39,157 bases of DNA from a candidate division BRC1 bacterium ADurb.BinA292 (GTDB taxonomy: Bacteria > Sumerlaeota > Sumerlaeia > MVZB01), in assembly GCA_002068205.1 (NCBI GenBank), contig MVZB01000001.1, positions 1-39,157 on the forward strand, read 5' to 3'. Made by a program: the position numbers and the translations under genes. The notes below the pieces were generated by a model. That model ran no database searches, was not told where the DNA came from, and saw only the letters and a program-made list of their open reading frames with translations. This document shows positions 36,701 through 39,157 of this stretch, one piece after another. Every line of letters begins with the position of its first letter. Position 1 is the stretch's first letter.

Positions 36701-36808
36701 CGACTCGTCATCGTCCCAAACGACCCACCCCCAAATGCGGTCCCGGCTCTCGTCTTTCGTCCTCGGCGCTCGAATATTCGCAATCGGTCGATTTTGGCCG
36801 CGCCCATC

Positions 36809-36837
36809 TTCTCAGCCCCCCGCCCGTCTGTTACAAT
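36809..36837 (+). promoter_or_regulatory. sigma-70-like promoter candidate TTCTCA-N17-TACAAT
   Basis: The hexamers at 36809-14 and 36832-37 have a 17-nt spacer, about 155 nt upstream of the GHL10 gene. This is sequence-pattern evidence only. Confidence 0.25.
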
Positions 36838-36992
36838 GAATCGCGGCGTTCGCCGCTCCAGTTCTCGGGGCGGGGTGGTTTGAGGGGAACCGCCCGGCCG
36901 GGATCGTTGTTCAAGTCAGGCCATGCCTCGCCCCGGACGATCCTCTATCCCGATTCCCACTCCCGGTCGGCCCTCGACCGCCGGCTCAAGGT

Positions 36993-38231
36993 TTGCCCTG
37001 CATGTCGTTCACCATGATCCACCGCTTCGCGCTCTCATCGCTGGTCGTGCTGACGCTGGCCGGCGCCGGCGCCTACTTTGCCCCCGCGCAGGAACCCCAC
37101 AAGACCCCCGGCGCCGAACTGAAGGAAATCGTTGATCCCACGCAGCCCGTGCTCGGCCCCGAGCAGACGATGCTCGACGCCGTCGCGCCGTTCCGCCGCA
37201 TCCTCTGGGTCACGCGCTGGGATTACCGCACCCCCGAAGATGTCCGCCAGATCTGCTACAATGCCGCCGCGGGCCGTTTCACCGACATTCTGTTTCAGGT
37301 CCGGGGCGAGGGGACCGTCTTTTACAAGAGCGACCTGGAGCCGTGGGCCTGGGAACTGACCGGCCGCACCCCGGCCGCCACCGGCCGCGACCCCGGCTGG
37401 GATCCGCTCGCGCTCGCCATCCAGGAGGGGGCCAAATACGGGCTGCGCGTCCACGCCTACCTGAACGTCCTGCCCGGATGGGGACAGAAACAAACGGCGC
37501 CCCCCTACACCGGCCAGCTCTACAGCGTCCACCGCTCGTGGTTCATGGTCGACGCCGCCGGCAACCGGATGAATCCGGCCAACTGGTATGCCTTCCTGGA
37601 ACCGGGGCTGGAGGAAGTCCGGCTGCACGTGACGAAGGTCTTCGCCGATGTCGCCCGCCGCTACAAGGTCGCCGGCCTGCACATGGACTACATCCGCTAC
37701 CCGATGGAAAAGGGGGACTACGGCTATACGCCGCGCGTGGTCGACGACTTTCGCGCGCTGGTGGGGGGCGAGCCGAAACGCCGCCCCGACGAGTGGGATG
37801 CCTTCCGCCGCCAGCACGTGACCGATCTGGTCGTCGGCATCCGCCAGGCCGTCCAGCAGATCAATCCGAAGTTGGAGCTGACGGCCGCGGTCCTCGCCGA
37901 TCGAACCAAGGCCCTGCGCGCCCACCAGGACGCCCTGACCTGGGTCCGCGAGGGGTATGTCGACGCCATTTTGCCGATGGCCTATACGGACGATCTTGAC
38001 TTATTCAGCGATTATTTGAAGGCTTATCAGGACGAGCCGATCCGGAAACGCACCTGGCCCGGCATCCTGGTGGAGAAGGGAAAGGCCCGCGAACAGATCG
38101 AAATGACGATCCAGGGCGACTTTCCCGCGGTCGCGGTGTTCGCCTACGGCGAGGTCTTCTCCGGCCACCGCCAGGGCGCGCAGGCCCGGGCGATTTACGA
38201 AAAATTCATGGAGCTCGCCAAAAGGCAGTAA
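36993..38231 (+). CDS. glycoside-hydrolase-like GHL10 (DUF187 / YddW-YngK family) secreted protein
   Basis: 412 aa. Signal peptide (MIHRFALSSLVVLTLAGAGAYFAPAQ; the start may be 37014). Blocks LWVTRWDY, FTDILFQVRGEGTVFYKSDLEPW, DPLALAIQEGAKYGLRVHAYLNV, GLHMDYIRYP and VDAILPMAY match the COG1649/GHL10 pattern. Confidence 0.75.
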   Translation: MPCMSFTMIHRFALSSLVVLTLAGAGAYFAPAQEPHKTPGAELKEIVDPTQPVLGPEQTMLDAVAPFRRILWVTRWDYRTPEDVRQICYNAAAGRFTDILFQVRGEGTVFYKSDLEPWAWELTGRTPAATGRDPGWDPLALAIQEGAKYGLRVHAYLNVLPGWGQKQTAPPYTGQLYSVHRSWFMVDAAGNRMNPANWYAFLEPGLEEVRLHVTKVFADVARRYKVAGLHMDYIRYPMEKGDYGYTPRVVDDFRALVGGEPKRRPDEWDAFRRQHVTDLVVGIRQAVQQINPKLELTAAVLADRTKALRAHQDALTWVREGYVDAILPMAYTDDLDLFSDYLKAYQDEPIRKRTWPGILVEKGKAREQIEMTIQGDFPAVAVFAYGEVFSGHRQGAQARAIYEKFMELAKRQ

Positions 38232-38242
38232 GGCTTCTTCCC

Positions 38243-39157
38243 ATGACGGCGTCGGCGCCCGTCAGCTTCTGGGAATACCGTCAGCGGCTCAAACGCCGGT
38301 TGACCGAGGGACCCGGCGCGCGCGCCGCCGAGCCGGAAAGCCCCTACGATGGCGCGCACCCCGCCGCGCTCAATCCGGTCAGCGAACGGCTGGTTCAGAC
38401 CATCTGGGCCCAGGGGCTGTTCAGCCCCGACGGGATGCGGACCGTCGACGGGCGCGCATTGCGCGTTCTCGAACCGGGGCGCTGGAACGGCGCCGCCGGG
38501 CCCGACTTCAAGGGCGCCCGCCTGTTGCTCGGACCCGACACGGTCGATGGCGACGTCGAAATCCATCTGATCCCGGCCGACTGGCTGGCGCACGGGCATC
38601 AGCGTGATCTGGATTACAATCGCGTCGTCCTGCACGTCGTCCTGAACAACCCCGACGGCGGGGCCGACGATCCGCTGCACAACGGCAAGCGCGTGCCGCG
38701 CCTCGAACTGGAACCGTTCATATTTCCAGATCTGGAAACGCTGCGCCGGTCGCTCTCGCCGGACGACTACCAGTATGCCCAGCCGGAGGGGCTGGGACGC
38801 TGCCACCGGCTGATGGCGGAACTGCCGCCGGCCGAGATCGCCGATTTCCTTGATCGCGCCGGCGATGAACGCCTGACGGCCAAGATGCACCGCCTGGCCG
38901 AGCAGGCCCAGTCGGCCGAGCTGGAACAGGTGTTCCATCAGGCCGTCATGATGACGCTCGGCGCGGGGCCGGGGCGAACGCTGTATTACCTGCTGGCGCG
39001 GCGCACGCCGCTCAAGGAACTGATGGACTTTGCCCGCGAGCTGGAGCCCTCGCACTGGAATCTGGGGATCGAAACGCTCCTGGTCCATGTGGCGGGGTTG
39101 GCGCCCGCGGCGGGCGACCTTGCCAACGCGCCGGGCGAAGCGCGCGACCGCGCCGCC
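38243..39157 (+). CDS. DUF2851-family protein (3' end beyond window)
   Basis: Own translation from ATG 38243. It is open for all 305 codons to the window edge: ...SERLVQTIWAQGLFSPDGMRTVDGRALRVLEPGRWNGAAGPDFKGARLLLGPDTVDGDVEIHLIPADWLAHGHQRDLDYNRVVLHVVL... This matches the DUF2851 N-terminal signature as I recall it. It is not in the ORF track because there is no stop. Confidence 0.7.
   Translation, partial: MTASAPVSFWEYRQRLKRRLTEGPGARAAEPESPYDGAHPAALNPVSERLVQTIWAQGLFSPDGMRTVDGRALRVLEPGRWNGAAGPDFKGARLLLGPDTVDGDVEIHLIPADWLAHGHQRDLDYNRVVLHVVLNNPDGGADDPLHNGKRVPRLELEPFIFPDLETLRRSLSPDDYQYAQPEGLGRCHRLMAELPPAEIADFLDRAGDERLTAKMHRLAEQAQSAELEQVFHQAVMMTLGAGPGRTLYYLLARRTPLKELMDFARELEPSHWNLGIETLLVHVAGLAPAAGDLANAPGEARDRAA

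Overview
GC-rich (by eye about two-thirds G+C) bacterial chromosomal segment. I see no rRNA or tRNA genes and no recognisable transposase, phage, CRISPR-cas or known defence genes. About 30 protein-coding genes can be supported.

Gene content, in order:
- 0-3.7 kb: a GH2 beta-mannosidase operon.
- 4.3-10.2 kb: a plus-strand operon of gmhA, a URO-D-like protein, a PfkB-kinase::HAD fusion and a deoxyhypusine-synthase-like protein, with a convergent CN-hydrolase.
- An Amidase_3 cell-wall amidase.
- A STAS plus FHA-GAF-PP2C partner-switching pair.
- A ribose-type sugar ABC transporter whose ATPase gene is broken.
- Two tiny membrane proteins (DUF3309-like, DUF1328/YtjA-like) flanking a broken FAD/NAD oxidoreductase.
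- A histidine kinase plus an NtrC-type sigma-54 activator, followed by a well-spaced -24/-12 promoter and a 63-aa acidic lipoprotein.
- Glycan genes: a beta-propeller GH-like protein, a ROK kinase, a Wzt-type ABC ATPase coupled to a GT-C membrane protein, a CapD/PglF-type dehydratase, glmS, a GHL10/DUF187-like protein and a DUF2851-like protein.

Most other long ORFs in the track are antisense or out-of-frame artefacts of the high GC content.

The most unusual signal is non-coding. Four co-oriented copies (at about 17.4, 27.5, 33.4 and 36.5 kb), plus fragments, of a 225-330 nt intergenic element carry conserved hairpins. I cannot assign the element to any RNA or mobile-element family I know.

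Gene content hints at a PVC-type (Planctomycetota/Verrucomicrobiota-like) polysaccharide degrader, but taxonomy cannot be established from this window.
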